Positions 1-11,179 of a stretch of DNA of 64,000 nt are shown here, piece after piece. Source of the stretch: Octopus sinensis (lineage: Eukaryota); assembly GCF_006345805.1 (NCBI RefSeq), contig NC_043003.1, positions 682,001 to 746,000 of the forward strand, given 5' to 3'. Made by a program: the position numbers and the translations under genes. The notes beneath the pieces are model-generated. The model was not told where the DNA came from and did no database searches. It saw nothing but the letters and a program-made list of their open reading frames with translations. Within the stretch, counting starts at the first letter, position 1; the number at the start of each line of letters is the position of its first letter.

Positions 1-135
1 CCAGGAAGTGGTCGGCATTAGGAATGGTATTCAATGGTAGAAACCGACATTGGAGCTTGGCTCAACCTTGCAGCCCAACGTATTCTGTCAAGTCACCCTA
101 CTCTGGTCAGAATGGAAAACAGGTGTGAAATGATG
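1..135 (+). mobile_element. Diverged 3' end of a family-C repeat (LINE-derived 3' end)
   Basis: GTGGTCGGCATTAGGAATGGTATTC...GGAAAACAGGTGTGAAATGATG is a decayed version of the GTGGTTGGCGTTAGGAAGGGCATCC...GATGATG consensus seen throughout the window. Confidence 0.6.
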
Positions 136-332
136 CTAGTGCTTTTATTATTAACTTTTGAATTATGAAATAATGTATTTCACTCATAATTATTATATTA
201 TTCATTAAATTAAATTCAGTTGGGTTTTGTTTTGGAGAGAATTGAAATAAAGCTTTCACTTTCTTTTATTATAGTAGTAATTATGGAAGACTGGTGGTAT
301 TATTATTTGCATGGACTTAAAGATTGGTTGCT

Positions 333-684
333 ATTTAGTATACAATTTAGTCATTGTAGGTTTACTATTAATACCAATACAGATCTCCGTAGAATTAAGT
401 GTTTCTTTGTTGCAGTTTAATTTTAAAGCTAGTGTTTAACCCTGCCTCTACTTGATTGAATATTGTTGTACATTGGGTAAATGTGTTTGAAAGTTGTGTG
501 TTTTGCTTTTTGGTATGTTTGTTCCCAAGCAGCACTTCTTTTAGTGCTGTTGACACCACCGGATTGAATGGTTACTGCCCGGGTGTCGAAACCATAATGA
601 TATCTGTGGGGCAGCTGATGATGGAGGTATGTTGGATTGTTGGTATGGCTGTTTTTGTATATGTGGAAGAGTGTTATAGCACAT
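333..684. repeat. ~350-bp segment duplicated in inverted orientation at 38463-38813 and again at ~39839-40190
   Basis: Direct reading shows the reverse complement matches the 38.5-kb copy with only a handful of substitutions. Confidence 0.9.
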
Positions 685-752
685 ATTTCCATTGATAAAA
701 CAAAAGCCATTGATAAGAAAGCGATTAAGTGAGATGAATGAAAGGAACTTAC

Positions 753-812
753 CCAGAAGATGAAATTAAAGAGGATGAACAGGCATCGTACAAGACCAGC
801 TAAAACACCCAT
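753..812 (-). CDS. Tetraspanin-family protein, first coding exon (N-terminus and start of TM1); the gene continues left of the window
   Basis: Translates to MGVLAGLVRCLFILFNFIFW, matching the tetraspanin N-terminal pattern (..KYLLFxFNFIFW). It is followed directly by a phase-0 TGG|GTAAGT donor (plus-strand ACTTAC at 747-752), where tetraspanin genes usually have their first coding intron. An in-frame TGA lies two codons upstream of the ATG. Confidence 0.85.
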
Positions 813-839
813 GATTCAGTTGATTTGGTTGACAGATAT
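813..839 (-). other. 5' UTR part of the tetraspanin exon, preceded by a splice acceptor
   Basis: The minus strand reads GGAAATGTTTTCTCCTTGCAG|ATATCTG...AATC-ATG, with a pyrimidine tract and AG at 841-840. This implies at least one upstream non-coding exon. Confidence 0.7.
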
Positions 840-1649
840 CTGCAAGGAGAAAACATTTCCATAAAGCAACTAATATAACAGAAGGTCTCGTAAGAGGGAT
901 CTGGATCATTCTAGATTTTTGGTTAGAAACAAAAACTGGAACTAGTCAGTCAACAGAACCAAAGAACTTGAACATGTGATTGCAGTCTTGGATTGTGGAA
1001 TTAGGAGAGAAATCGTTGGCATAAATCTACTTTTAGAATTCCTCAATGTGTGACACATGAACACTGAACAAAAATAATCTGAAATTAAGAAAATTAGTTA
1101 AACTGGTAGAAAGAAACTGTGAGGAAGCCTCTCACACACACACACACATATTGTTACTATTATGTTAAACTGTCGTATGTCCAAATTTGGCCAAATGCGT
1201 ATTTTTCAATATTTATTTTCGCTTACAATAGCCGGTTCTTTAGATCAAACTATCGTATCTCCTGCTGCTTCAGATGCCAAGATATTAAAAATTGTCAAAC
1301 AATAGTACAATGGTTTTGCTATGGAATGGTGAAACTATTTTTTTTGTTTTCTGAAAAAGCAATATTTAGGACTTATGACACTTTTACAATAAGAGCAACA
1401 ATATATATATATATATATGAATTATTAAAGTGGCTATTATCAATTTCAAAAACAAAAGGTACAACTGTAAATGTCATTGAAGTGACTGAGGGTGCAAATC
1501 ACTACCAGAATTGCTAAAAATAAGAGTCAAAACAACTCTTAGCCATGGGCAAGCACTTATCTATTGACTGACAAGGGAGACAACCTCCCCACAGTATGTG
1601 AGGAGTGTTAATAGATAAGAGCTTTGCCCGTGGCTAACAGTTGTTTTGA

Positions 1650-1684
<35 letters not shown>

Positions 1685-2526
1685 TAGGTGTATCTCTACA
1701 GATTTTATAATAGAATTTAGAGCTAGCACAGAAAGTTATGTTTGGTATATGAATATATGTATGTAAACAATGCACTGCTAACACAGGTAGGACAGAGTGT
1801 TGACTTATAACCCTTTAATATACTTGGTAGTATATTATGGTTGCAAAATGAAATAGAGTGACCTTACCAGTGATTAATATAAATCTCTGTGTGTTTATGT
1901 GTGTGTCGATGTTTGTGTTTGTTCCTCTACCACTTGGCAGCCAGTGTTGGTTTTGTTATGTCCTTGTAACCTAGTGGTTTAGCAAAATATGTGAATAAAA
2001 ATAAGTATCAGACTTGAATACTGAAATAAGTCCTGCTGTTGATTTATTCAGCTAAACCCTTTAGGGCAGTGCCTTAGCAATGCCACTGTCCAATGACAGA
2101 AGCCAGAGAGACAAGGCACACACACAGAGGCCCACATATATAATGGCTGTGTTAATGTCTGTTTGAAATTCTAAATGAATTCAATGATTCTCACTATATG
2201 AAGTTGTGTGTTACAGGAAAGTAATCATGTATGCATGTATGTATGTATGTAAGTGTGTGTGTGTGTGTGTGCGTGTGTGTGTCTGTGTGTGTGCGTGCAT
2301 GTGTGCGTGTGTGTGTGTGTGTTTAGAGTGGCTGAATTGATCCAAAGGAAGGAAACGGCAGAGTGGTATAGGCAGAGTGGTATACACGATCTGACAAAGT
2401 GGAGGATGAGGTTCTGTAGACTCAAAGGTCAACAATACATTCAAGTGATATTTAATTGAATAGGAAGGTCTGTGACACACACACACACACACACACACAT
2501 ACAACAATTGCATGTGTATGTGTGTC

Positions 2527-2593
<67 letters not shown>

Positions 2594-3179
2594 ACATGTC
2601 TGAGTGTTTGAGGGAGGAAGTACAAAGCCCATGAAAGTGGTGGGGGTCAGCAGTGTAGTGTCAGAAAGGTCAACAAGTTAGAACTATTAAAGCCATATTA
2701 GTAGAACAGGAATCTGCTATGAAGGAAGGAACAGATCACATGTGGAAATTATGTCTGTGTCTGTATGTGTATGTATGTGTGTATATGTGTGTGTGTGTGT
2801 ATGAATGTATATGTGTATACATGTCACATAGCTTATAAGTGTAACATTCTCTATGCATGTCAGAGTTTCAGAATATCGTGTGTGAGAGTAAGTAGGTGAA
2901 TTCTTTTTGCTTTTTTTGCAAAACATATTTATCCAATCCTTCTTCCCCCTCCTCCCCCTCCTCCCCCTGTTTTTGTACTCTTCTCTTATCCTTGGGTACA
3001 TCAGTTCAAAGCCTGCATTAATCTCAGCTATTTATCCTTAATTCTTCCCCCTATAAATAGTGGGGTTCAAAAACTATTACCACCACTGACTTTTCTCTCC
3101 CTGTATTAAAAAAGTCTACGAAGAAACTCAATATTTTTATGTTGGGTGAGAGGACGAAAGCAAAGATTAAAATGAACCA

Positions 3180-3420
3180 TCATCTCTGTAATGTCCACTT
3201 TTTTATGATTGAATGGGTTGGACAGAGTTTATTTGAGGCAAGTCTTCTATGGCTGGATGCTCTTTCTATTGCCAACCCTTCACTTGTTTCCGAACAAAGT
3301 AATATTTCCCTAAGGCCAGACATGTTTTTGAAGCATATTGAAATGATCGACACTGCTTGTATGTCAGGCACTCTCATTTACAACTATCACACAATGGCAA
3401 TGCAAGGAGACACAAACATA
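3180..3420 (-). mobile_element. Family-C-related repeat (C2 variant); other copies at ~11720-11960(+), 34880-35100(+), 49915-50180(-), 57770-58020(+)
   Basis: Shares the GGATGCCCTTCCT-CCAACC core plus a common AAGGTAATATTTCCCC-CCAGACATG...CTCATTTACAACTATC block across copies. Confidence 0.7.
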
Positions 3421-3579
3421 TTGATGCATGCATACAAATATCATCCTCATCCTCCTCCTCCTCATCATTTAACGTCTGTCTTCCATGCTGGTATGGGTTG
3501 GATGATTTGAGAGAAACTAGCCAAGCAGAAGACTACACCAGGTTTCTGTGTGTGTTTTGGCATGGTTTTATGGCTGGAT

Positions 3580-3613
<34 letters not shown>

Positions 3614-5018
3614 TACATAAAAATACTTGATAAGCTTCTTTCAGTGTTTCTCTAGTAAAACCACCCACAAGGCTTTGGTCTGTCCTGGGTTAAGACACTT
3701 GCCCAAGGAGCTAAGACTACATTATTTATATGATTGAAGGAATTTAAGCCACATCTTTTGGGGATGCATTTGGGACAATGCTATCTCATGTGTCCTTCCT
3801 GTTTCTTTGTAAAGACAATACTGTCAAATATAACAAGAATTTGACTGCTGTTTCTAGCAAATCAAGCTGAGTAGCCACACCGAGGCTCAATAACAGGATC
3901 CAAGATAAAGCTAAACATGATAATGGTATTACGATTATTACTATTACTATTATTATTAGTAGTAGTAGTAGTAGTAGCAGGAGTGATGATGATGATGATG
4001 GTGATGATGGTGATGTGGAAGCTGGTGTTAAGTGTTTCTTGTTTGTGAACCATTATCTGTGATTATAGGAACAAGATAACAACGTTGAATAAGTCCAATC
4101 CCCTCCACGGCACCGCTCCACCCCTGTAGTGAACTTATGGAGGAGATTTAAGTGGAGGTGGTGGTGGCGGCGATGCTGGGGGGTGGGGGGTGGCAGCGAT
4201 GGTGGCGATAGTGGTATCGGTGGCGGTGATGGTGGTGGTGGAGGTGGTGGTGGTGGGGGGGTGATGGTGGCGATAATGGTAGCGGTGGTGGTGATGGTGG
4301 TGGTGGTTGTGATTTAATACAAGCTGTAATAACAGGAAAATTGTGATAAAAGACATTGTGTATGTATATGTATGTTTGTATGTGTGTGTGCATGAATGGG
4401 AATGCAATGCACAGGGGTGTGTCAATATGCATGTGTGCATTTCTGTATGCAATGCGGGTGGACTTATCCAGAATGGGACTCTAACAGACCTAGAGATATC
4501 AGAAGGGACAGAAAAGAAATAAAATACATACATACACACACACACACATATATATATTTTAAAATCTTTTTACTTGCTTCAGTCATTTGACTGTGGCCAT
4601 GCTGGGGCACCACCTTGAAGAATTTTAATTTTTTAGACTTATTGTTTTAAAACTTACTTATTGTATTGGTCTCATTTACTGAACCACAAAGTTACGGGAA
4701 TGTAAACACACCAACACCGGTTGTCAAGTGATGGTACGGGGGCAGGGGATACAAACAGTCACACACACACACACATATGTATATATACACGATGGGCTTC
4801 TTTCAGTTTCCCTCAACCAAATCCACTTAAGGCTTTGGTTGACCCCCCCCCCTCCACAAGGCTATAGTAGAAGACATTTTCCAAGGTGCCACACAGTGGG
4901 ACTGAAACTGAAACCAAGTGGTTGCAAATCAAACTTCTTACCACACAGCCACACCTGTGCCTCCCATCCAACCCATGCCAGCATGGAAAACGGACGTTAA
5001 ACGATGATGATCATATAC

Positions 5019-5094
<76 letters not shown>

Positions 5095-5234
5095 CTAAAT
5101 AACTAGATAAAGAGAGGAGGAATGAGAGAAAGACAGAAAAAGAAAGAGGCAAAAGAAGGAGAGACAGGAAGAGAGAGAGGGGAGAAAGAGAAGGAGGGAG
5201 ACAGAGATTGAAAGACAGATGAAGATTTAGGTTT

Positions 5235-5400
5235 TGTGTTGTTTAGCCCCTGGTCAGTGTTGACCAGATAAATCTTTCAGCCAAGACACGAACCAGTTGT
5301 AATCATTCTTCTTTGACATTTTTATACAATAGGGCATCATTTGAAAGGAAATTTAGCTGCTACTTCTAGCAGTCAGCAATCCCATAAAAGCAACCTAAAT
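5235..5400. repeat. Unclassified interspersed repeat (family E); other copies at ~36105-36285, 49690-49800, 58803-58985
   Basis: Recurrent end motifs GTTGTTTAGCCCC(A/T)GGTCAG and GCTGCTA(C/T)TTCTAGCAG are seen in several places. Confidence 0.55.
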
Positions 5401-5703
5401 ATAAACGCCTTTACTGAAGAGAGACAGTGAAAGTTTGAAATGGGACTCTTAGAGTTTTGGAGGGCTTCAAGAAAGCGGGGAGAGGAGAAAGGTTGAAAGA
5501 AGAAAGTCACTGAAGATCCCAAGATGCTGCTGTAACATAAGAAATGTGAAATTCAACAAACCCCTTCTCCTTATCTTCTCCTCAGGGTCACCAGACGTCC
5601 CCATTCTTGCCACCTCTGCTTATTTCACTCTCATTTTGAAACTAAATTGTGAAGACTACAAATATGAGATTTCAAGTTATGGCTTCACACACACACACAC
5701 ACA

Positions 5704-5865
5704 GGTGCAGGCATGGCTGTGTGGTTAGAAGCTCTCCTTCCCAACCACATGGGTCCTGGTTCAGTTCTGCTGCTTGGCACCTTGGGCAGGTGTCTTCTAC
5801 TATAGCCTTGGGCCGACCAAAGCCTTGTGAGTGGATTTGATAGACAGAAACTGAAAGAAGCCCGT

Positions 5866-5909
<44 letters not shown>

Positions 5910-6120
5910 TATGTGTGTGTGTGTTTGTCCCACCACCATCGCTTGGCAACCGATGTTGGTGTGTTTACAATCCCATAACTTAGCAGTTCGGCAAAGAGAC
6001 CGATAGAATAAGTAAGAGGTTTACAAAGAATAAGTCCCGGGATTGATTTGTTCGACAAAAAAGGCAGTGCTCCAGCATGGCCACAGTCAAATGACTGAAA
6101 CAAGTAAAAAAGTAAAAGAA
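5704..6120 (+). mobile_element. SINE family A (tRNA-like head, central TA/TG microsatellite, conserved tail)
   Basis: Head GGCTGTGTGGT...GGTTCAGT...CACCTTGGGCAGGTGTCTTC; body GTGGATTTG..GAAACTGAAAGAAGCCC; tail CCAGCATGGCCACAGTCAAATGACTGAAACAAGTAAAA. There are more than 20 copies in the window. Confidence 0.9.
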
Positions 6121-6416
6121 TATATACCTTTTTCTGTGCATCAAACACACACACACACGTGTGCACACACACACGTGTGCACACACACACACACACACAC
6201 ACGCACACACAATGTCTCAGTCATGAGACTGTGGCCATGGTGGAGCACAGCCTTGAAGAAGAAGTTTTGTTGAACCAATTGACCTCAGTACTCTCTTTTC
6301 TTTTAAAGTCTGTCACTCTCTTTAGCTGAACTTCTAAGTTACGAATATGTAAACGCACAAACAGCAGCTGTCAGGTGGTGTGGCGGACAAACAGACACAA
6401 AAACACCCACAAATTT

Positions 6417-6449
<33 letters not shown>

Positions 6450-6460
6450 CACACACTATA

Positions 6461-6680
6461 CACAAGAGGGTGCCAAAAAGTTCCTGGCTTTAAGGGTATT
6501 GTGAAAGGCCTGGCTGGAAAGCCAGTCTTTGAAGTTCTTTTACAGGGCTTAGAAAACTGAAGGACCCCTGCAATAAATGTGTGAATCTGAGAGCGGAATA
6601 TGTTGGATAAGATCATAATTAACTGATCCCCCTGTATTTTCTTTTACTCAAAGCCAGGAACTTGCCAGCAGCCCCTCATA
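6461..6680 (+). mobile_element. Mariner-type non-autonomous element (MITE) retaining the transposase C-terminus
   Basis: Imperfect ~30-bp TIRs share AAGTTCCTGGCTTT / AAAGCCAGGAACTT with TA at both ends. An internal frame reads KLKDPCNKCVNLRAEYVG*, resembling the mariner transposase end (KL..RW.KC....G.YVE*). Confidence 0.75.
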
Positions 6681-6689
6681 TATATATAT

Positions 6690-6727
<38 letters not shown>

Positions 6728-6805
6728 GGATCATTTGTAAAAGGCATAAAGCTGAAAGGAGAAGCACACTCTAAGATGTAGAGCAGTTAATATTATAATG
6801 GGGTA

Positions 6806-6987
6806 GGCCAGTTTATGGGGTTGCCTTAGACTTCCTGTCCATAAAGGGTTTAGCTTTATGGTGCATCATCAGATCCCAAAAATCCTGTTGGCCTGCCAAG
6901 GACCAACAGGCTTTTGGGATCTGATGATACACCATAAAGGTAAACCTTTTAGGGACAGGAAACCTAAGGTAACCCCATAAACCAGCC
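6806..6987. mobile_element. Fold-back (palindromic) element, probable MITE
   Basis: Arms 6806-6894 and 6899-6987 are highly similar reverse complements around a 4-nt loop. Confidence 0.85.
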
Positions 6988-7000
6988 TTCCTCGTTTTTA

Positions 7001-7051
<51 letters not shown>

Positions 7052-7053
7052 CA

Positions 7054-7752
7054 CTCTTTACTCTTTTACTTGTTTCAGTCATTTGACTGTGGCCATGCTG
7101 GAGCACCGCTTTTAGTCGAGCAAGTCAACCACAGGACTTATTCTTTGTAAGCCTAGAACTTATTCTATCAGTCTCTTTTGCCGAACCGCTAAGTTACGGA
7201 GACGTAAACACACCAGCAATGTTGGGGCGACAAACACAGACACACAAACATATACACACACATACATATATATATATACATATCGGTGGCACGTAAAAGC
7301 ACCATCCGTTCATGTCCGTTGCCAGCCTCGCCTGGCCCCCGTGCCGGTGACACGTAAAAGCACCATCCGTTCGTGGCCGTTTGCCAGCTCTGTCTGGCAC
7401 CTGTGCGGGTGGCACGTAAAAAGCACCCACTACACTCATGGAGTGGTTGGCGTTAGGAAGGGCATCCAGCCGTAGAAACACTGCCAGATCTGACTGGGCC
7501 TGATGAAGCCTTCCAGCTTCACAGACCCCAGTTGAACCGTCCAACCCATGCTAGCATGGAAAGCGGACGCTAAATGATGATGATGATGATGACGGGCTTC
7601 TTTCAGTTTCCGTCTACCAAATCCTTTCACAAGGCTTTGGTTGGCCTGAGGCTATAGTAGAAGACACTTGCCCAAGGTGCCATGCAGTGGGACTGAACCC
7701 GGAACCATGTGTTTGGTAAGCAAGCTACTTACAACACAGCCACTCCTATGCC
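7054..7752 (-). mobile_element. SINE family A interrupted in its central microsatellite by a family-C insertion
   Basis: The A tail (reverse complement) is at 7054-7260, the C element at 7280-7595, and the A head (reverse complement) resumes at GACGGGCTTCTTTCAGTTTCC. Confidence 0.85.
7280..7595 (+). mobile_element. Family-C repeat with 3 tandem ~60-bp subunits and (GAT)n tail
   Basis: Three GGTG(G/A)CACGTAAAAGCACC units precede CACTACACTC..GGAGTGGTTGGCGTTAGGAAGGGCATCCAGC...GGACGCTAAATGATGATG. Confidence 0.9.
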
Positions 7753-8014
7753 TATATATATATATATACACATCACTTAGGCATGGTGTAGAACTCAATA
7801 AATGTATGTTTCAGAATGAAGTTAGACAAGTACAGAAGAGTAATAAGAAAATGAGATGCAAAGGAATGAACGGTAACCTTATGAAGTCCATTGGCTTATT
7901 GTCATTTCTGCTATAAGATGATGTGTTTCTTTCAGTGGGGCTGAACCCAGAATCATAAGGTTGGGAAGCAAGCTTCTTACCCCACAGCCATGCCATATAT
8001 ATATATATAATTAA

Positions 8015-8245
8015 GGCAGCGAGGTAACAGAATCGTTAGCACGTCATGCGTAATGCTTGGAGGTATTTTGTCTGCCACTACGTTCTGAGTTCAAATTTCA
8101 CCGAGGTCGACTTTGTCTTTCATCCCTTCGGGGCTCGATTAAATAAGTACCAGTTACATTCTGGGGTCGATGTAATCGACTCAATCAGTTGTCTGTCCTT
8201 GTTTGTCTTCTCTATGTTTAGCCCCTTGCGGGCAATAAAAAAAAA
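8015..8245 (+). mobile_element. SINE family B (tRNA-like head with GCCTTTCATCCTTTCGGGGTCGAT-type central domain)
   Basis: GGCAGCGAG..CAGAATCGTTAGCAC...GAGTTCAAAT...GAGGTCGACTTTG.CTTTCATCC...AAGTACCAGTT..CTGGGGTCGAT; about 15 copies in the window. Confidence 0.9.
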
Positions 8246-8694
8246 ATATATATATAATTAAAATATTCCTCTATGTATAATTATTAATGTAATTAATGTA
8301 TATACACCAGTGATATGCAGTGTTAAAAACACTGTTGAAAATGTCTGAACGGCTGAAATGCATTTGACATTTGCTGGCCACTTTGGGACAAAGATTCATC
8401 TCTGACCTATTATTATGTTTTTTAACACAATTCTATAAGAGATGTTATCTTAGGAGAAAAAGCATGGTAAATGGCCTATCAACAGTGTATATACATTAAA
8501 TATGGTACATTGATGGCTCTACACACACACTCATATATAGATACCATCATTATCGTCATCATATAACATCCATGTTCTGTGCTGGCTGAGTTTGATGGTT
8601 TGATATACAGCTGTATATATGCATGTATGTGTGTGTGTGTTTGTGTATGTGTGTGTTTGTTCCTTTCTCTATTTTTTCTCTCTCTCCATCTATC

Positions 8695-8810
8695 CTTTCT
8701 GTTGAAAGGAGTTTATGCTCGAAATATTAACGACTTCTTCCAATTTTCCTAAATCGTAAATTTATACACCCTGTTTGTTTTTGTACCTTGTCTTCATATT
8801 TTTAAAATTT
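8695..8810 (+). mobile_element. Penelope-like terminal-repeat remnant with hammerhead-like motif
   Basis: CTTT-CTGTTGA-aagGAGT-TTAT-GCTC-GAAAT. It is homologous in reverse orientation to 44740-44880. Confidence 0.5.
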
Positions 8811-9207
8811 TTACTTTACTTTTGTGCCATGTGTGTGTGTGTGTGTGTATGAGTGTATGAGTGTATGTGTATGTGCATATGTATAGTTTTTCAAGGACAC
8901 ACACACATATGCATGAATACATGCATGCACACACACATGCATGCATGGATGCACACACACATTGCATTTATCCAGTCTGTATCCACCATTGGTGACAAAG
9001 CAGGTCTTTTCAGGCATGGCATGGTTTTTTTCTTGTATAAGAAAAACACAATAATTGGCGCTTCCAAAAACCCGCCCAGCCTCACCCCTCCACCAAAACT
9101 GCATATTCATTTTTCCGCTCTGTCAGATTGCTTCCTCTGATATTTTATCCAATTCCAGCAGTCAAGATGTCAAGACGGTTTCAAAGAACGCTGCTAAGAG
9201 ACAACAG

Positions 9208-9460
9208 AACATAGGCTCATGGAATATAGAAAAGTGTTCTTAGAAGGAAGAAGACGGGACGTAAACATGGGCTGTAAACAAATACAGCATTGATATCGCT
9301 GTTCTTAGAAACCCATTTTCCCAGGGTGGGTGAAATGGAAGAAATAGGAGGAGGGGGTTACACTTGTCACCGGATAAGCAAGGGGAATAGAAAAACTGGG
9401 TCAACTGATGCTGGGTTTGTAATAAAAACTTTCATTGCTAGAAGCCATCACCACTTTCCC
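9208..9460 (+). mobile_element. Degenerate RTE-clade LINE, apurinic-type endonuclease N-terminus
   Basis: Frameshifted pieces NIGSWNI / NKYSIDIAVL / ETHFPRVGEMEEIGGG / GYTC / GFVIKT match the RTE endonuclease motifs (IGTWNV..YNIDIAALSETR..G.L.E.GGGYTF..GFAIK). Confidence 0.7.
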
Positions 9461-9522
9461 CTATGATCATCATCATCATCATTCAGGTCAATATTATAAC
9501 ATTATGACACACAAATCTTAAA

Positions 9523-9955
9523 GGAGGCTGGCAGGATTGTCAGCACGCCAGGCAAAATGCTTTCTGGCATTTCGTCTGTCCTTACGTTCCGAATTCAAAT
9601 TCTGCCGATGTCAGCTTTACCTTTCATCCTTTTGAGGTCAATGAAATAAGGACCAGTGAAACAAAATTTCAGGCTTTGTGCTATGGCAGAAAGGACTATT
9701 ATTATTATTATTATTATTATTATTAAGGCAGTCAGTTGGCAGACTCATTAACACACCAAGCAAAATACTTAGTGGTGTTCTGTCTGTCATTGCATTCCGA
9801 GTTCAAATTCTACTGAGGTTGATATTTATCTTTCATCCTTTCGGGGGATGATGAAATAAGTACCAGTTAAACTCTGGGGTTGATGTAATCAACTTACCCT
9901 CACCCCCCACCCCACCTTGAAATTGCCGGCCTTGTGCCTAAATTTGAAACTATTA
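9523..9955 (+). mobile_element. Two head-to-tail SINE B copies joined by (TTA)n
   Basis: The first copy ends GGCAGAAAGGACT-(ATT)n and the second starts AAGGCAGTCAGTTGGCAG at ~9727. Confidence 0.8.
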
Positions 9956-9999
9956 TGACTGACGGATCTGCAAGGGAGAGAACTTACAGTATTATGCAA

Positions 10000-10262
10000 G
10001 GCCTCCGTGCCGGTGGCACATAAAAAGCACCAACCGATCGTGGCTGTTGCCAGCCTCCCCTGGCTTCCATGCCGGTGGCACGTAAAAAGCTCCCACTACA
10101 CTCATGGAGTGGTTGGCGTTAGGAAGGGCATCCAGCTGTAGAAACACTGCCAGATCAGAGTGGGCCTGGTGCAGCCTCCTGGTTTCCCAGACCCCAGTTG
10201 AACCGTCCAACCCATGCCAGCATGGAAAGCGGATGCTAAACAATGATGATGAAGATGATGAT
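10000..10262 (+). mobile_element. Family-C repeat (2 subunits, GAT tail)
   Basis: Matches the C consensus. Confidence 0.9.
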
Positions 10263-10874
10263 GAGCCCCAACAGGGTTTATGACAGCTTTTATGCTCTTC
10301 TTTCGCAAACATCTCAAAATGACAAGATCTTACTGTCTCAGGGTTTTAATGTCTGGGGTAGTTTCTGCTTTGCCCACCAACACAGTAGAACCATAATGGA
10401 ATAGTATCTACCATTCTCTTGCATTGAACTTGAGTGTTGTGTCTCAAACACCCAACCCTCCTAAAAGAACTTGGTTGCATCCTTGACCAAGAACTGGCAC
10501 ATATGCATATCTTTTATATTTTACTTGTTTCACTAATTGAAATGAGGCCATGCTGCAGCAGCGTCTTGAAGGGTTTAGCCAAACAGATCAATCTCATGAC
10601 TTATTTAAAAGTTTGGTACTCATTCTATCAGGCTCTTTTGCCAAACTGTAAAGTTATGGGGATGTAAACAAACCAACACCGGTTGTCTAGCACGATGAGG
10701 GACAAACGCAAAGACACATCCATATGCATATGTATGTAGGCTTCCACACAGTTTCTGCCCACCAAATTCATTCACAAGGCAGGGCTGTAGTAGAATATAC
10801 TTGCCCAAGGTTCCACACAGTTGCAAAGCAAGTTTCTTTACAGACAACTTTGTACATATTAACTGTACCTGCAT

Positions 10875-11179
10875 GTGGAGGCACAAGGCCTAGTGGTTAG
10901 AACAGCAGACTTGCAGTCGAGGGATCGCAGGTTCGAATCTCACACCGGGCAATGTGTGTTTTTATGAGCGAAACACCTAAGCTCCACGCAGCTCCGGTGG
11001 ACAGTAATGGCAAACTTCTGCTGACTTTTTTGCCACAACTTTCTCTCACTCTTTCTTCCTGCATCTAGCAGCTCCCCTACGACGGATCGAGGTCCCGTCC
11101 AGGTGGGGAACCTATATGCCAAGGAAACCAGGAAACCGACCCTTATGTGCCAGGCATAGCTTGAGAAAGAACAAACAAC
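10875..11179 (+). mobile_element. Near full-length tRNA-derived SINE (family D); related partial copies at ~12305-12540, 13855-13990, 24590-24775
   Basis: The head has A-box (GGCCTAGTGGTTAG) and B-box (GGTTCGAATCTC) motifs, followed by a non-tRNA body and an (AAC)n tail. Confidence 0.8.

Noticed and set aside
575-630. GTCGAAACC and CTGATGA close together as a type-II hammerhead
   Set aside because: Stems I, II and III cannot be formed in register.
456-695. Plus-strand 79-aa ORF with a segment (IMISVGQLMMEV) faintly like tetraspanin TM2
   Set aside because: It is on the wrong strand relative to the exon, lacks the GCxGA motif and splice sites, and is probably chance.
429-812. 127-aa ORF reading through the tetraspanin donor
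   Set aside because: Only the first 20 codons look like tetraspanin and a canonical donor follows. Substitutions versus the 38.5-kb copy are mostly amino-acid changing (Y/N, H/P, R/T, M/V), which gives no sign of coding constraint.
6921-6945. CTGATGA in the fold-back arm as a hammerhead core
   Set aside because: No GAAA follows a stem II, and the motif is simply paired with the opposite arm.
7280-7430. Tandem ~25-bp motif with ~35-bp intervals, superficially CRISPR-like
   Set aside because: The intervals are homologous to each other, the array is part of a dispersed eukaryotic retroelement, and there are no cas genes.
10875-10950. tRNA-like sequence with A and B boxes
   Set aside because: It is continuous with a SINE body and tail, and I could not form a clean cloverleaf. 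It is a SINE head, not a tRNA gene.
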